Source of the DNA: Laetmonice hystrix
Lineage: Eukaryota
NCBI GenBank assembly: GCA_965235115.1
Contig: OZ249436.1
Span: forward strand, 25,794,001 to 25,858,000
Reading direction: 5' to 3'
DNA length: 64,000 bases
In this document: positions 38,928 to 51,644 of the stretch, piece by piece
Position numbering within the stretch: position 1 is the first letter of the stretch
How the letters are laid out: every line of letters begins with the position of its first letter
The notes under the pieces: generated by a model
Seen by the model: only the letters and a program-made list of their open reading frames with translations
What the model was told of the DNA's origin: nothing
The model's database searches: none
Made by a program: the position numbers and the translations under genes

Positions 38928-40840
38928 GGGGGTGTTTCATAAACCGGTGTCGTTAGTCGCACGACTAACTACAGTGTCGCACGATGCTGTCGTGTTTCAT
39001 AATATTACTGTAGTGTCGCACGATAGAAACAACTACCGATGGGTTTACTGTAGTTACTTTCTGTTTCATAAAGAAATCGTACGACTAACTACAGGAATCG
39101 TGCGACAGTATTACTGTGGTAACCGGCGACACCCCAGGGGGGTGTCGTAGGATTTTAAAAAGAGGCGCAGGGCCTCTTTTTGAAACCCAATATGTGGGTT
39201 CAAACTTCAAACTTCAACATGGCGGAAGGAGGGCACGTGTTAGAAGTGAGAAGAGATAAGGCGCCGAAAATATACCACCCGCGTCTGGACCCAATCGGCC
39301 ACTTCCCGGTCCATCAGTTTCTAAGACGGTATATATAGGCCTAATTGATCCGCAATCTGCAGTGGAGCTTTGTGGTGCATATGAAAGAGGAGGGTAATGC
39401 ACCACTCACTGCACAGGACCCCAGATGTTGAGGGTTAACTGCCATTCAACGAATACGTATATATTGTTTAATGTAAAAGGAAAGGTATGTAATGAATTTA
39501 TAACTTTAATATATCTGATAAATACCTGTAGTGTTTCCAGCTGTTTGGCATGTAAGATTTATTGAAAATTTTAACATAATTATTTCAATGTCGGATATTA
39601 GGAAAAAAATTAAATAAACTCTGGCCTCCTAAACTGTGTCACTACGCCACCCCTGCACACATATAATTCTTGTCTTGCTGTAAAATAATGACTATAGTAC
39701 TAATCAACAATGATGAACTAAATACAAAATAAAAAGATTTGTATCGGCTGGGATTCGAACCCCAGGCTTCTGCCATGAAGGTCCTACACTCTGACACGGA
39801 GCCAACCATACACGGTGATAACTTATGCCTATGTATTATGTCATATCATTGTGTTATAGCAGGCATACGTCATAGGTCACGTGACCTAAAAATATGTCTA
39901 TTGGTGTTGAATAGTAACTATGGGTCCAAGTTCGACCATTTACAAGTTATAGCCTTGAGAAAATATAGATTACCTCCTTAAGACTTTCTACCAGTGTTTA
40001 CTAGGAACTATGGTTTTATCTTCAACCATTTACAAGTTACACCCATAAGAAAAGAAAGATCATATCCTTATAAGGTCATAGGTCATGTGACCTAAAAAAT
40101 GGTGTCAAAGGAAAGAGCATATGCGACTTCCTATTAGCATTTAATAGTAACTGTGGCTCTACGTTCAACCATGAGTTATAGCCCTGTGAATATATAGATA
40201 ATCTCCTGATGATGTCATAGGTCACGTGACCTAAAAAATAATGGTGCCAAACAGAAGAGCATATATGACTTCCTATTAGTGTTCAGTAGTAACTATGACC
40301 CTAAGTTCAACCATTTACAAGTTATAGACCTCTGAATATATAGATCATCTCCTGATGACGTCATAGGTCATGTGACCTAAAAAATAATGGTGTATAATGA
40401 AAGAGCATATATGACTTCCTATACATATTCTATAGTAAGTTTGACTCTATCTTGCACCTTTGTTGAGTTATAGCCCTTTTCTTTTTAGGTCACATGACCT
40501 ATGACGTCATCAGGAGATGATCTATATATTCAGAGGTCTATAACTTGTAAATATAGGGCTATAACTCAACCCATGTTCGAGGTCACGTGACTTCCTCAAT
40601 ACCATCGTTACGTTACATGTCGTGGAATCGTGCGACACTACAACTATATTTTTGACAACAGCACCTACGACGTTTACAAGTGTCGGACGACAAAATCGTC
40701 GATTTACTTACTAACTACATTTGTTGTGGACGATAATTTTTATGAAACGAAATGAACGACAGGTCGGGCGAAGATCGTCCAGCCAGTGTCGTCAACGTCC
40801 GACAATGACGACTAACGACACCAGTTTATGAAACACCCCC
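38928..40840. mobile_element. Non-autonomous Harbinger-like TIR element, copy 1
   Basis: ~32-bp TIRs GGGGGTGTTTCATAAAC(C/T)GGTGTCGTTAGTCG; CAT duplicated at 38925-38927 and 40841-40843; empty site in unit F near 36139. Confidence 0.85.
39741..39810 (-). pseudogene. tRNA-derived (SINE-head-like) sequence; second copy at 41778-41847
   Basis: Minus strand reads GGTTGGCTCCGTGTCAGAG...GGGGTTCGAATCCCAGCCGATAC, with a clear B box and a degenerate A box and stems. Confidence 0.55.
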
Positions 40841-40959
40841 CATGTTCACCTCACACCTTTGGTGCCCTTCCTTTCTTGCAGTACTATTGAACAGGAATAG
40901 GAAATCATACATTGTATGTTCTTTCAATTGACACCAAGATTTATTATGTACTGTATCAT

Positions 40960-42798
40960 GGGGGTGTTTCATAAACCGGTGTCGTTAGTCGCACGACTAA
41001 CTACGGTGTCGCACGATGCTGTCGTGTTTCATAATATTACTGTAGTGTCGCACGATAGAGACAACTACCGATGGGTTTACTGTAGTTACTTTCTGTTTCA
41101 TAAAGAAATCGTAGGACTAACTACAGGAATCGTGCGACAGTATTACTGTGGTAACCGGCGACACCCCAGGGGGGGGGGGTGTCGTAGGATTTTAAAAAGA
41201 GGCGCAGGGCCTCTTTTTGAAACCCAATATGTGGGTTCAAACTTCAAACTTCAACATGGCGGAAGGAGGGCACGTGGTAGAAGTGAGAAGAGATAAGGCG
41301 CCGAAAATATACCACCCGCGTCTGGACCCAATCGGCCACTTCCCGGTCCATCAGTTTCTAAGACGGTATATAGAATTGATCGGCAATCTGCAGTGGAGCT
41401 TTGTGGTGCATATGAAAGAGGAGGGTAATGCACCACTCACTGCACAGGACCCCAGATGTGGAGGGTTAACTGCCATTCAACGAATACGTATACATGTATA
41501 TTATTTAATGTGAAAGGAAAGGTATGTAATGAATTTATAACTTTAATATATCTGATAAATACCTGTAGTGTTTCCAGCTGTTTGGCATGTAAGATTTATT
41601 GAAAATTTTAACATAATTATTTCAATGTTGGATATCAGGAAAAAAATTAAATAAACTCTGGCCTCCTAAACTGTGTCACTACGCCACCCCTGCACACATA
41701 TAATTCTTGTCTTGCTGTAAAATAATGACGATAGTACTAATCAACAATGATGAACTAAATAAAAAATAAAAAGATTTGTATCGGCTGGGATTCGAACCCG
41801 AGACATCTGCCATGAAGGTCCTACACTCTAACACGGAGCCAACCATACACGGTGATAACTTAGGCCTATGTATTATGTCATAATTTGTGTTATAGCAGGC
41901 ATACTACGTCATAGGTCACGTGACCTAAAAATATGTCTATTGGTGTTGAATAGGAACTATGGGTCCAAGTTCGACCATTTACAAGTTATAGCCTTGAGAA
42001 AATATAGATTACCTCCTTATGACTTTCTACCAGTGTTTACTAGGAACTATGGTTTTATCTTCAACCATTTACAAGTTACACCCATAAGAAAAGAAAGATC
42101 ATATCCTTATAAGGTCATAGGTCATGTGACCTAAAAAATGGTGTCAAAGGAAAGAGCATATGCGACTTCCCATTAGCATTTAATAGTAACTGTGGCTCTA
42201 CGTTCAACCAGTCACAAGTTATAGCCCTGTGAATATATAGATAATCTCCTGATGATGTCATAGGTCACGTGACCTAAAAAATAATGGTGCCAAACAGAAG
42301 AGCATATGACTTCCTATTAGTGTTCAGTAGTAACTATGACCCTAAGTTCAACCATTTACAAGTTATAGACCTCTGAATATATAGATCATCTCCTGATGAC
42401 GTCATAGGTCATGTGACCTAAAAAATAATGGTGTATAATGAAAGAGCATATATGACTTCCTATACATATTCTATAGTAAGTTTGACTCTATCTTGCACCT
42501 TTGTTGAGTTATAGCCCTATATTCAGACCCATGTTCGAGGTCACGTGACTTCCTCAATACCATCGTTACGTTACATGTCGTGGAATCGTGCGACACTACA
42601 ACTATATTTTTGACGACAGCACCTACGACATTTACAAGTGTCGGACGACAAAATCTTCGATTTACTTACTAACTACATTTGTTGTGGACGACAATTTTTA
42701 TGAAACGAAATGAACGACAGGTCGGGCGAAGATCGTCCAGCCAGTGTCGTCAACGTCCGACAATGACGACTAACGACACCAGTTTATGAAACACCCCC
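40960..42798. mobile_element. Non-autonomous Harbinger-like TIR element, copy 2
   Basis: Same TIRs and orientation as copy 1; CAT TSD at 40957-40959 and 42799-42801; empty site ATCATATGATGTCA in unit F near 36353. Confidence 0.85.
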
Positions 42799-45473
42799 CA
42801 TATGATGTCATAATGATGCCATTGACATCTTCCAAGGCTTCTAAGTAATAAACCATTCAAGATAGAGCCATGGTTACAAACACAAATAGGAAGTCATATA
42901 TGATCTTTCGCTTCACATTTTTTACATGACGTGTCTCATGACATCATAAGGTGTCATAGATATTTTTCTCAGGGCAATGACTTGTAAATGGTTGAGGTTG
43001 GAACTAGCCATACCCATAGCATTAGCCTAAGGAAGTAGGCCGAAAATATGCCCTAGCCGGTTTCCAAGATAATATAAGCTATGGAGGTAGGCCCTACACG
43101 TATGTAGGGCCATATCTAGAAATTTCTGAGGGGGGGGGGGGGCAGCAGTAGCAGTAGGCTACAGTAGTAGTAGGCTAAGCCCCCCCCCCCCCCGCCGGCT
43201 GACTCCAGCCAGTCCAGGCTGAGGGTTATCATTTTGCAGTGTGTCTATGTCAGACTACGGCACACCTAGCTAGATCAAGCCCCCCCCCCCTTGCAAAATT
43301 ATTTTTTTATGCAAAATCCTGGATCACCCCCCCCCCCCCCAATGGCCTTAGTATGGGTGTCTGTCCTCGGCTCACTCAGTGCCTGAGCCCGGCGTGCAGC
43401 TTGGCGACGGAGTTGGCGGGGGCGGCTTGCTACAGTAGGCCTGCTACAGGCCGGTCACGCCCCCGGGTTGTCTCGGAAAACCGGTCTTTGGTAAATACTC
43501 CCCCCCCCCTCCCCTCAGAGTTTTCAAAGTGTAAATTGGTGGTATATTGGGCCGTTTGCCCCCTCCTTCAGCCAATTTACTAATCACTGCCACTGCACTG
43601 GTGACTGGACAGTAGAAATACTAGAATGAGATTAGATCTACGGGGCCTAGACTAGTCACTAGACTGCACTCTCGACTCTAGTCACAGCAGAAACGGAGTC
43701 TAGGCCTAATCAGTTAGGTAGAAGTTTAAGACTGACAAGTTTAGTTAGTCACAGAAAAAAATCGAGACATTCACACGCGGGTAGAATAGTCTGAGCACAC
43801 CAGGTGGATCGCTGAACATCCACTTTACTTTAGCTTAGCCTTAGGCCTACCTCGACGCATGTTGTGCACCCACCTCTTCAGAATTATACAGCCTACAGGT
43901 TTTATTTTAGAGGGGAAAGCATGAAAGCTCCTTTGTTGATCCAAATTCTTAACCCAGTTTCGGTTGTTACAACCCCACTGCCGCACAAAGTCCTGGAATA
44001 CTCCTTGTTGTGGGCCAAACTCGCGGTAAGTTTAGCTAGTCTATGCCTTCAGTCTACGCTGTAGGCCTAGGCCTACCAAAGTCGTTGTCCCTTAAAGTCC
44101 AACAGACATCAAAATTTACATGAAATTTAGTGCCAGATCCTGATGATACATGTAATTTGTTGTTGTTTAACTTAAAGGAGCGGTTATTGTACAAGAATAT
44201 GAACTGTGTGTAAGCCGTTTTAAAGACCAATTCCCCTAGTGACGTCATCAGGGGCAATGGTAAAGAATAGGCAGGAATGAGACTGTGATGAGGCGCGAGA
44301 TTCGAATTTTCAATGTTTTTCTAAATTGAGAGGACTTCTCAGAAAACCTATCAGGGATACGGCTACAACTCAAAATGATCTATCTAGATTAGTAAAGTTA
44401 CCTATGTGATGTCAGTTGCACTTTCATGACGTCACTACCAGCATTTTGCCAGGTGGCAGCTATAGTTCTGTAGATTTCCGCAAGGCGTCAGCATGTGTCC
44501 TTTTTGCAAGATGGCGAAAAGACTATCAACTACTAAGTCCCGTTTTTGATTAATAATCATTAATTACAAGTGCAGCCTAAAAATACGAATATGGTATAGA
44601 CGGGCTCTAGTACTATCAAGTTAACATCTGATAACTCAATAAGCAGGAGAAGAGTGTTCCTTTAATCAGGAGTTGGATTGTGTTCTAATGGGGACTGCCA
44701 CTCCATTTTACTACCTTTGTGATGGATGCCGTGTCTGTCCATGTACCTTTCTAAAGCTTAGCACTTATAGTCTTCTTGTTCAAAATTACTGCTTGGAATA
44801 TTTATTGCTCTTCCAGTGTTCGCTTCGCAGCATGGTACAGTACAGGAGGGGCCACTGTCGTTCGTCACCGGGTGTACCTTCTACCTGAGTTTTCTTAGGA
44901 GTGTTATCTGGTGGGAAATATGTCATATAGTACGTCAGCGACGACATACAATTTGAGTTCCAGTCGTTCCGCCAGTGTGAGTTACCCTTAAACTTACGTT
45001 ACGGTTAGTGCAGGAGAGTCGGGCTCTGTATAGCGATATCTAGTTTTGGTACGGTACTAGGTGATACGGACAGGCTCAGAGTCGGGTAGATGGTCAAAGT
45101 GACTGGACGAGGAGGAAGAGGAAGTAACATCGGTTGGACAGGAGTGTACTCTCGTCTGGCCTCAACCACATACCTCCTTAGATGTTGACCCGGAAGCTTG
45201 GCGTTTATTGAACAGTACCGTGGTTGACGCCGTTTTGGTTAAATGCGTTCAGACTGTCTGCTTGCTGGGATCTTCGATCCAGCTTAGTGGCCTTGTTGTC
45301 TCCACCTAATAAGGCAGGACTATAATTTATACCCATGGACTTTTGGCCAATGTATCTCCATATATCTATAATGTATTATCAGTTGTCATTATATATTATT
45401 AGTATGTTATTTATACAGTTATATATATAACTATATATAATAGTATGTTATTTATACTTGTTACATGTATATA

Positions 45474-46358
45474 TGTTATGCGCCATCTGTGAATCTGACC
45501 CATTTGCAAATGGGTCTAACCCAATAATGAATTCACAGATGGGTTGCCCATTTGCAAATGGGCAACCCATCTGTGAATTCATTATTGGGTCAGACCCGTG
45601 TGCCAATGGGTCAGATTGACAACCCATCTGTGAATCTGACCCATCTACCAATCTTGATCTTTCTGAAATGGACGATATAATTCATTATTGGGTCAGATCC
45701 GTTTGCCAATGGATCAGATCTGTGAATCTGACCCATCTATCAATTTCGATCTATCTGAAATGGGCGATATAATTTATTATTGGGTCAGACCCGTTTGCCA
45801 ATGGGTCAGATCTGTGAATCTGACCCATCTATCAATCTTGATCTATCTGAAATAGGCGAATGAAAAAGAGTCGGGGTTTCGATGTTTCATTAACACGCCC
45901 CCCCCCCCTTTAAAGTATGAAAACACACCACCAACAGAACCTAAGATTGTAAGAAAATGTACCTGGTTGACCAATTTAAATGTAAGGGAAATAAAAACAG
46001 AAAAAAAAAATTCATGCATTTTAAGTGCTGTGAAAATGACCGGGAATAAAGCATTAATAAAGACAGACATGATTTATAAATGATGGGTAGTAAAGAATTA
46101 ATACATACAGAAAACATTTGTTATATACCTTTAACACAGGAATACCGTGAAAATAAATGGGCAATAAAGAATAAATAACGTTTTGAATTGTCGAGTCATT
46201 CATTATCGGGTCAGACCCATTTGTAAACGGGACACACTTTGCCACGTTTTGGCATTCACAGATGGGTTGCCCATTTGCAAATGGGCAACCCATCTGTGAA
46301 TTCATTATTGGGTTAGACCCATTTGCAAATGGGTCAGATTCATAGATGGCGCGTAACA
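45474..46358. mobile_element. Non-autonomous long-TIR element with TGT...ACA ends (Ginger-like)
   Basis: ~100-bp TIRs TGTTATGCGCCATCTGTGAATCTGACCCATTTGC... / ...GATGGCGCGTAACA; TATA on both sides (45470-45473, 46359-46362), although the flanks are TA-rich. Confidence 0.7.
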
Positions 46359-46845
46359 TATATATTTATTATTTACCATTTTATATGATGTAATGTTTTA
46401 AGTATGTGGGGTTGTATAGAGTCTCCCCGGTTGGGGATGATCGACGGGTTACGCAATAAAAATGTAACCTACGACAACACATAAAGCCTCTGCGTTTTAA
46501 CTACATAAATACGGACACGACGCCACACGTCGGGGACCTTTATGTAGGCAAAACGAGGAGTTTAATTGGTACTATATGCTTATACAATACCTAAAGTATG
46601 TTATAGTAAAGCGCATGAGGCTCCTGTCGATTCTTCCGGTCTCCATATTAGTTCTCGGGCAGGATCTCACGTTATATCATGAGGAAGGAAACGGAAGAAT
46701 GGAGCCGGGAACCTTGGGTGAGAGGTATAAATGCGGATTTTATTGAGAGAGAAAAATAATCAACCGAGGGGTGCTATCAATAAACCCCGGAGGTTTATTG
46801 AGAGCAACACGAGGAAAAACAGGATTCCAACTGTGCAAGATAAAA

Positions 46846-46924
46846 GGTACAAGCATGACCGAATGGACAGAGACGCAGACCTGTGATCAGGAGATCCACG
46901 GTTCGAGTCCCACCAGCAGCACCA
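46846..46924 (+). pseudogene. Degenerate tRNA-like / SINE head
   Basis: A-box-like TGACCGAATGG, B box GGTTCGAGTCC, 3' CAGCACCA; acceptor and T stems pair poorly. Confidence 0.55.
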
Positions 46925-47048
46925 AAAAGGCATACGGGTTTCGGAGTACGTGACCACTCAACCATGGCGGCCATAATAATCATGGCTAAACCACGTGGAT
47001 TACTCTTTTAAATTACATACAGTATTCCACGGGTCATATCCACGTGTA

Positions 47049-47451
47049 TAGGGCGCCGAAGTCTCGCGGCACGGTTATGGATTTTCTGGACAGGAGGTAC
47101 AAATGGAGCGTCAATGTTGACACCCAAATGTTACGTCACAAATTTCCCATTGGTTTAACATAGGAGAAGAGACATCGTTCCAAAGACCGGCCTCGTCTTG
47201 AAGAGTTTCGTGTTCTTATGTATCAAAATTATCTATTCAAGCATACAACAGTTGATACAAATATCTGGGAAGGTTTCATCACAAAGGACAGCATAATTAC
47301 AGAGAAATCACAATTTGAAGTTGGCAGTCGCCGTTCCCTATGGGCGGCGCAATGCTAAACAAGCGTGAGCAATAGGCGCTAATGAAGTGTCACCAAAACC
47401 GACTTTTATCGCGTTGTAACGCAACATCTCGTGACCTACTTCGGCGCCCTG
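47049..47451. mobile_element. ~400-bp putative MITE
   Basis: Perfect 13-bp inverted repeat AGGGCGCCGAAGT (47050-47062) / ACTTCGGCGCCCT (47438-47450); no clean TSD. Confidence 0.5.
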
Positions 47452-48778
47452 TTCCAAGGGAAATCCATGAGTTTTGCCTGCTGGCTATTAACCAAAATAA
47501 TGGTTGTGATGACGGTGCATATTGGTCAACAACCAACCAATCCACATTTGGTTAATAGGGTAACGATATTGAATTGGTTATTTTGACCACAAGATCGATT
47601 GGACACATAATCCATGCAGTAGATTGGTTGATTTTAACCAGAATCATGGTTGTTTTAACCAATCTGTTTTTAGAGTGTAGTAAGTATACTTTTTTAAACA
47701 GTCAAATTACACAATCAGTTTTTCCCACCCAACATGTTTATATTTTCACCCAAAGGTCGCCTGAATTATTCCAAAAATTTCTTCAACTATCATCCCACTT
47801 TCTTTGTATCAAAAATGATCACTATAACGTGATAATATTTATAGGTGCACTTATTAATAAAGGATTGTACTATTGGGGGGGGGGGGGATGGCCATTTTCT
47901 TCGGACATAGATAGGTAAAAGCATACTTCTCCGGAAAGATCTCGACGAGGTCGATGTGATAAAGTAATAAACACTCAACTACATTTAATTTGTAACGTTT
48001 TATTCACCGAAAACGGAAAAAATCCCAAATGACACAGGTTGATGAGAATCGACCAAATGCAATGTTAGAAAAAACAGAGGCTCAATTCTAACCATTGCAG
48101 GAGACCCACTGACGGTCATGCAGGTAAGGTCGTCAGCAGGAGCTCAAAAACACAATTTTCAAGATTACTGTTCCCAACTTTCGATTCAAGACCCATGAAT
48201 ATGTTATTTTTATATGTCACAATTCCAAATGAATCACTGTTTTTTTTCAAATTTTGACCTTTGAGCCCCGTGCTCCATTTTCGTGAGAATAGGCCATAAT
48301 ATGAGAGAAAAAAATATGGTGAATCAATGAAGAACCAGCCTAGGGATAGACCGAGTATGTCCCTGCCTCATCGCCGACTGTGCTCAACTTACATTTTGAA
48401 TGGAGTTATCTTTCTGATACCCTGGCTTGACAGGCAGCCGCCTCACTTCTCCGCTGATGGGAGCATGCTGCCTGGCAAATCTTGCCTAATAACCATGATA
48501 GGCTGGTGACCGTAATTTCACCTAGACTCAAGTGAGCCTGTTGCAAGTTATTAACTAGCTAGTAACGGGAATCTACCTTGGAACTAGGTGGCTTTAAAAA
48601 GCAGTTCTGTACAGCGGGCTTTAGAACACATTAAGCAAATATGAAAGATATTGCTATCTCAATTACAAAATTACACATGCTATTTACAGTTATTTTCTTT
48701 TTTCGCATTTAAATACCCTGTATCACAGGAACTTTGGAGCAGAAGAAAATCACTGTCCCACTTTGGAGCAGAAGAAAA

Positions 48779-48938
48779 TCACTGTCCCACTTTTCTCATA
48801 AGAAGCATTTGTATGGTGTGGGCTCCCGGGAGTTCGGAGCCTGCTAGTCGTGATGAGGCAGCCCCAAAGGATGACAAGGGGATGTGTGTACATTGCAGGC
48901 CCCACTTTTGAAGGAGAGTGACAAGAGACCTGTCAGAA
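48779..48938 (-). CDS. METTL23: METTL23-like methyltransferase, last coding exon
   Basis: Acceptor CTTTCAG at 48939; encodes (S)SDRSLVTLLQKWGLQCTHIPLSSFGA..LAGSELPGAHTIQMLLMRKVGQ*, resembling the METTL23 C terminus; phase 2 fits the previous exon. Confidence 0.88.
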
Positions 48939-49127
48939 CTGAAAGTGGGATAAAAACAACAACTCATGTCATTGAGGACATTAATTTGGATAAATAAAGA
49001 CATACGCATTCAACTGTAAGCTACATTATGTACCAAGCGTTTTTGAACATAGAGCTGATTGTTGGCATGCAGAGTTATGAAATTTACACCTGCATGTTTC
49101 ATAGGGAATTTGGCAATTTATTTTTAC

Positions 49128-49212
49128 CTTCGCTCCTGGTAAGATGTCCAATATTCTGCTGATGGATTTCCCTCTAATAAGTATGCTACGGTCATCACAA
49201 CATTTTCAAAAT
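49128..49212 (-). CDS. METTL23: METTL23-like, penultimate coding exon (85 nt, too short for the ORF track)
   Basis: TTTACAG acceptor and GTAAAA donor; encodes (D)FENVVMTVAYLLEGNPSAEYWTSYQER(S); phases 1 and 2 join both neighbours in frame. Confidence 0.88.
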
Positions 49213-49439
49213 CTGTAAAGTAATCCATTAGAAAACTTATTGAGGCAACAGCACAAAATCCTACTAAACAGTTTACCTTTCGGACATCTTTCAGACGCTC
49301 CTCATTTTTCCCGCAGCAATCCTCCCTTTAAATTACTAAATCTAATGTATTATCAGGTACTATGATTACTACTACATGTACTACTGCTGACAACAATCAA
49401 TACTGTCATCATATTATTTCTATAAGTCCAGGCTCTTAC

Positions 49440-49674
49440 CTTTTGTATCATAGAAAGTGTCTGACCCAAGGATGATGTCTGGGCATAATTGCATCAGATC
49501 TGGACTGATGTGACCCCATGTTATTCCAACAACCCTAACGTTGCTCAGTCCGTTGGCCTGACAACTTGCTCTACAGTTTTCCAGGCACTGCGGCAGGTGG
49601 ATACCATCCGACAGCACCAAACTTGCACCACATTTGGCGGCAACAATCCCTGGTAAGGATGTGCCGGCTCCAAG
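49440..49674 (-). CDS. METTL23: METTL23-like, SAM-binding motif exon (235 nt)
   Basis: GCCAG acceptor and GTAAG donor; encodes LGAGTSLPGIVAAKCGASLVLSD..CLENCRASCQANGL..GITWG..DIILGSDTFYDTK (seven-beta-strand MTase motif I and DxxY). Upstream exon(s) not found in the window. Confidence 0.92.
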
Positions 49675-51644
49675 CTGGCAACATGCAACCCAAACAATAC
49701 CGTATCTCAATATTGACAAGACCAGGAGACAAAATACATACAATGAACATAAACGGGCCATTACGATGATTAAAGTTTATAAGACTTCGTACGAATTCAG
49801 AGCCATAACAGTGCGAGAGGGTGAGTGATGTATTTATGGTGAACAGAATTAATCCATCCCAAAATTCACTGGCATCAGGTTCAACTAGATAGGCTTTTGT
49901 TCTAATGAACTGAGTTTCTGAGTTTACTGGACACTAACGTAACACAATGTTTGTAGTCAACCTCCTACCACGAGGCGAGGGAAAAGAAAACCCTGGCCTG
50001 CTACATTCGCATATAATTCAGCGTTCTAGCCAGGTGCGGCGCTCGCAGCGCCCCACCACGCTTCATCCCGCCGCGCTGCCAAGAATCAAACAGGGTCCGG
50101 GCTGGGGAGGGGACAGTCTTGATCATCCAGACCCTCAGTGGCCGAGCAGAGCAAGAGAGTCGGGTGACCCAGTCTGGAGAGGGGAGGGGCATATACCCGT
50201 GCTCTGGGCTGAACGGCTTCCACAACTCAAGATGGGATTGGGACTAGGGGAGGAGCGGGGCAGAAGGGACATTGCGGCAGTGGGCCGACGGGGGGGGGGA
50301 GAGAGATGGACAGCGGTGCCCAGGGTCGGCGGTGTGGACGTCCCAGCGGGAGGGAAGGCTGCCATCTCTGTCACTCTCATTTTGAACTCTCAATTTCTCC
50401 CCCCCCCCCCCCCATTCCATTGTTGGATTGGAATAAAACAAGACTGCATGCCAGTGTACTGTAAGCGAAAAGTCGTCGGACCGTGGGACTTCATTACTGA
50501 CATAAATCCGGTGTGTTTCATTTTAACGGATGCCAATTTGTCCACCGGGGCTGCTGACCAAGATAGGCTGGCAGGGCGACGGTAGGCAGGGACAGCTACG
50601 TGGGGAAACCCCATGAACACATGCACTGACCGCTGAATCAGTCACCAGTCCCCTGCCCCAGCTGGCACATGGCATTATATAATAGGCGGGGCCCGCTCCC
50701 CGCCAATCACACTGTGAGGTGGGGCAGTTGAGCTGTGCAGCCATATATCCAGTTAATTAAATACTGGATTGAGAGAGCGCTAAGCCAGTGCGGGTGGCTT
50801 AGCGCGGATACACACAGTGACGACAACCAGGCGGCGGTCACCCCACTCAAATTATGGCACATCACATATTACACTATGTGCATATGTATAGTAAACCTCG
50901 CATAAACCGTCTTCATCAAAACTGGATAATCGCTCATATCAGACAACAGGAAAAGTCCCGATTTTCTGTATTATGTTTTCCATTAAATAAACATCGCCAA
51001 TAACGATTTTCTATAACGGATTTTCACGTATAGTGGACAAAAGGTCCAATCCAGTCGAAATGCATTTCCATTAAAAAGCACCGTGTATATCGGACAAGCC
51101 GTTGATCGTTAGCATGTGGGCAGTGTCAGCATACTACATAAAGTGCTCCGAGTATATGACCTATGAAATACCTGAAGGGAAATTTTTCGACTTCCAGCTC
51201 GACGTACATACATTTACTGAGACACCGACCATAACTTCGACTTCGACTTTTATGGAATACCTGGAACGAAATTCGATTTTTACACTTCGACTTCCACTTC
51301 GACTTTTACACTTTGACTATTCGACTTTTACACTTCAACTTCCACTTCTACTTTTACACTTCAACTTCGACTTTCTCACTTTGAGTTAGACTTTCACCTT
51401 TGCATGCACTTCCACTAGACACTATGGGCCGTAACTACGAAGGGTGTTTAACGAGTGTATATCGCTATACTCTATATTAGTATACTGTATACTACTACTA
51501 TACGAGTACATACGACTACTACTGTATACTAGTGTGTTGGGTCGCCGGTGTGGCGCGTGTGTTTTGTTGTTCGAGTGTCGTTTGCGTGGCTGTTGTTGTG
51601 AAAGTGAGATGTTATTCTTTAGCGCGCGGTAGTTTAGATGTTAA

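Larger units (their letters stand above)
36979..43010 (+). mobile_element. HINE unit G (headless, C/F-like body, 3' end not found)
   Basis: Starts TTTTTGGCGTCG(TAG)n after CTAG; similar to C and F; interrupted by two 1.9-kb TIR elements; satellite-like sequence fades near 43000. Right boundary is approximate. Confidence 0.65.

Noticed and set aside
44172..44665. Possible Kolobok element TTAA|AGGA...TCCT|TTAA
   Set aside because: Only about 4 bp of terminal complementarity; insufficient without other copies.
44700..45310. Coding-looking, balanced-GC stretch
   Set aside because: No convincing ORF, splice pattern or protein motif could be established by eye.
46846..46924. Functional tRNA gene
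   Set aside because: Acceptor and T stems are mispaired; retained only as a tRNA-derived pseudogene.
47485..47678. CACTA/EnSpm-like end (..TTTTTAGAGTG) with TTAACCA repeats
   Set aside because: Matching opposite terminus not found; at most a fragment.
49675..49761. N-terminal hydrophobic part of ORF 49420-49761 as a signal peptide
   Set aside because: It is intron sequence upstream of the splice acceptor at 49675; METTL23 similarity starts at LGAG.
49947..50800. 212-aa ORF and GC-rich segment with GC/CCAAT boxes
   Set aside because: Low-complexity Gly/Arg/Pro translation without a domain; a promoter role cannot be supported without transcript data.
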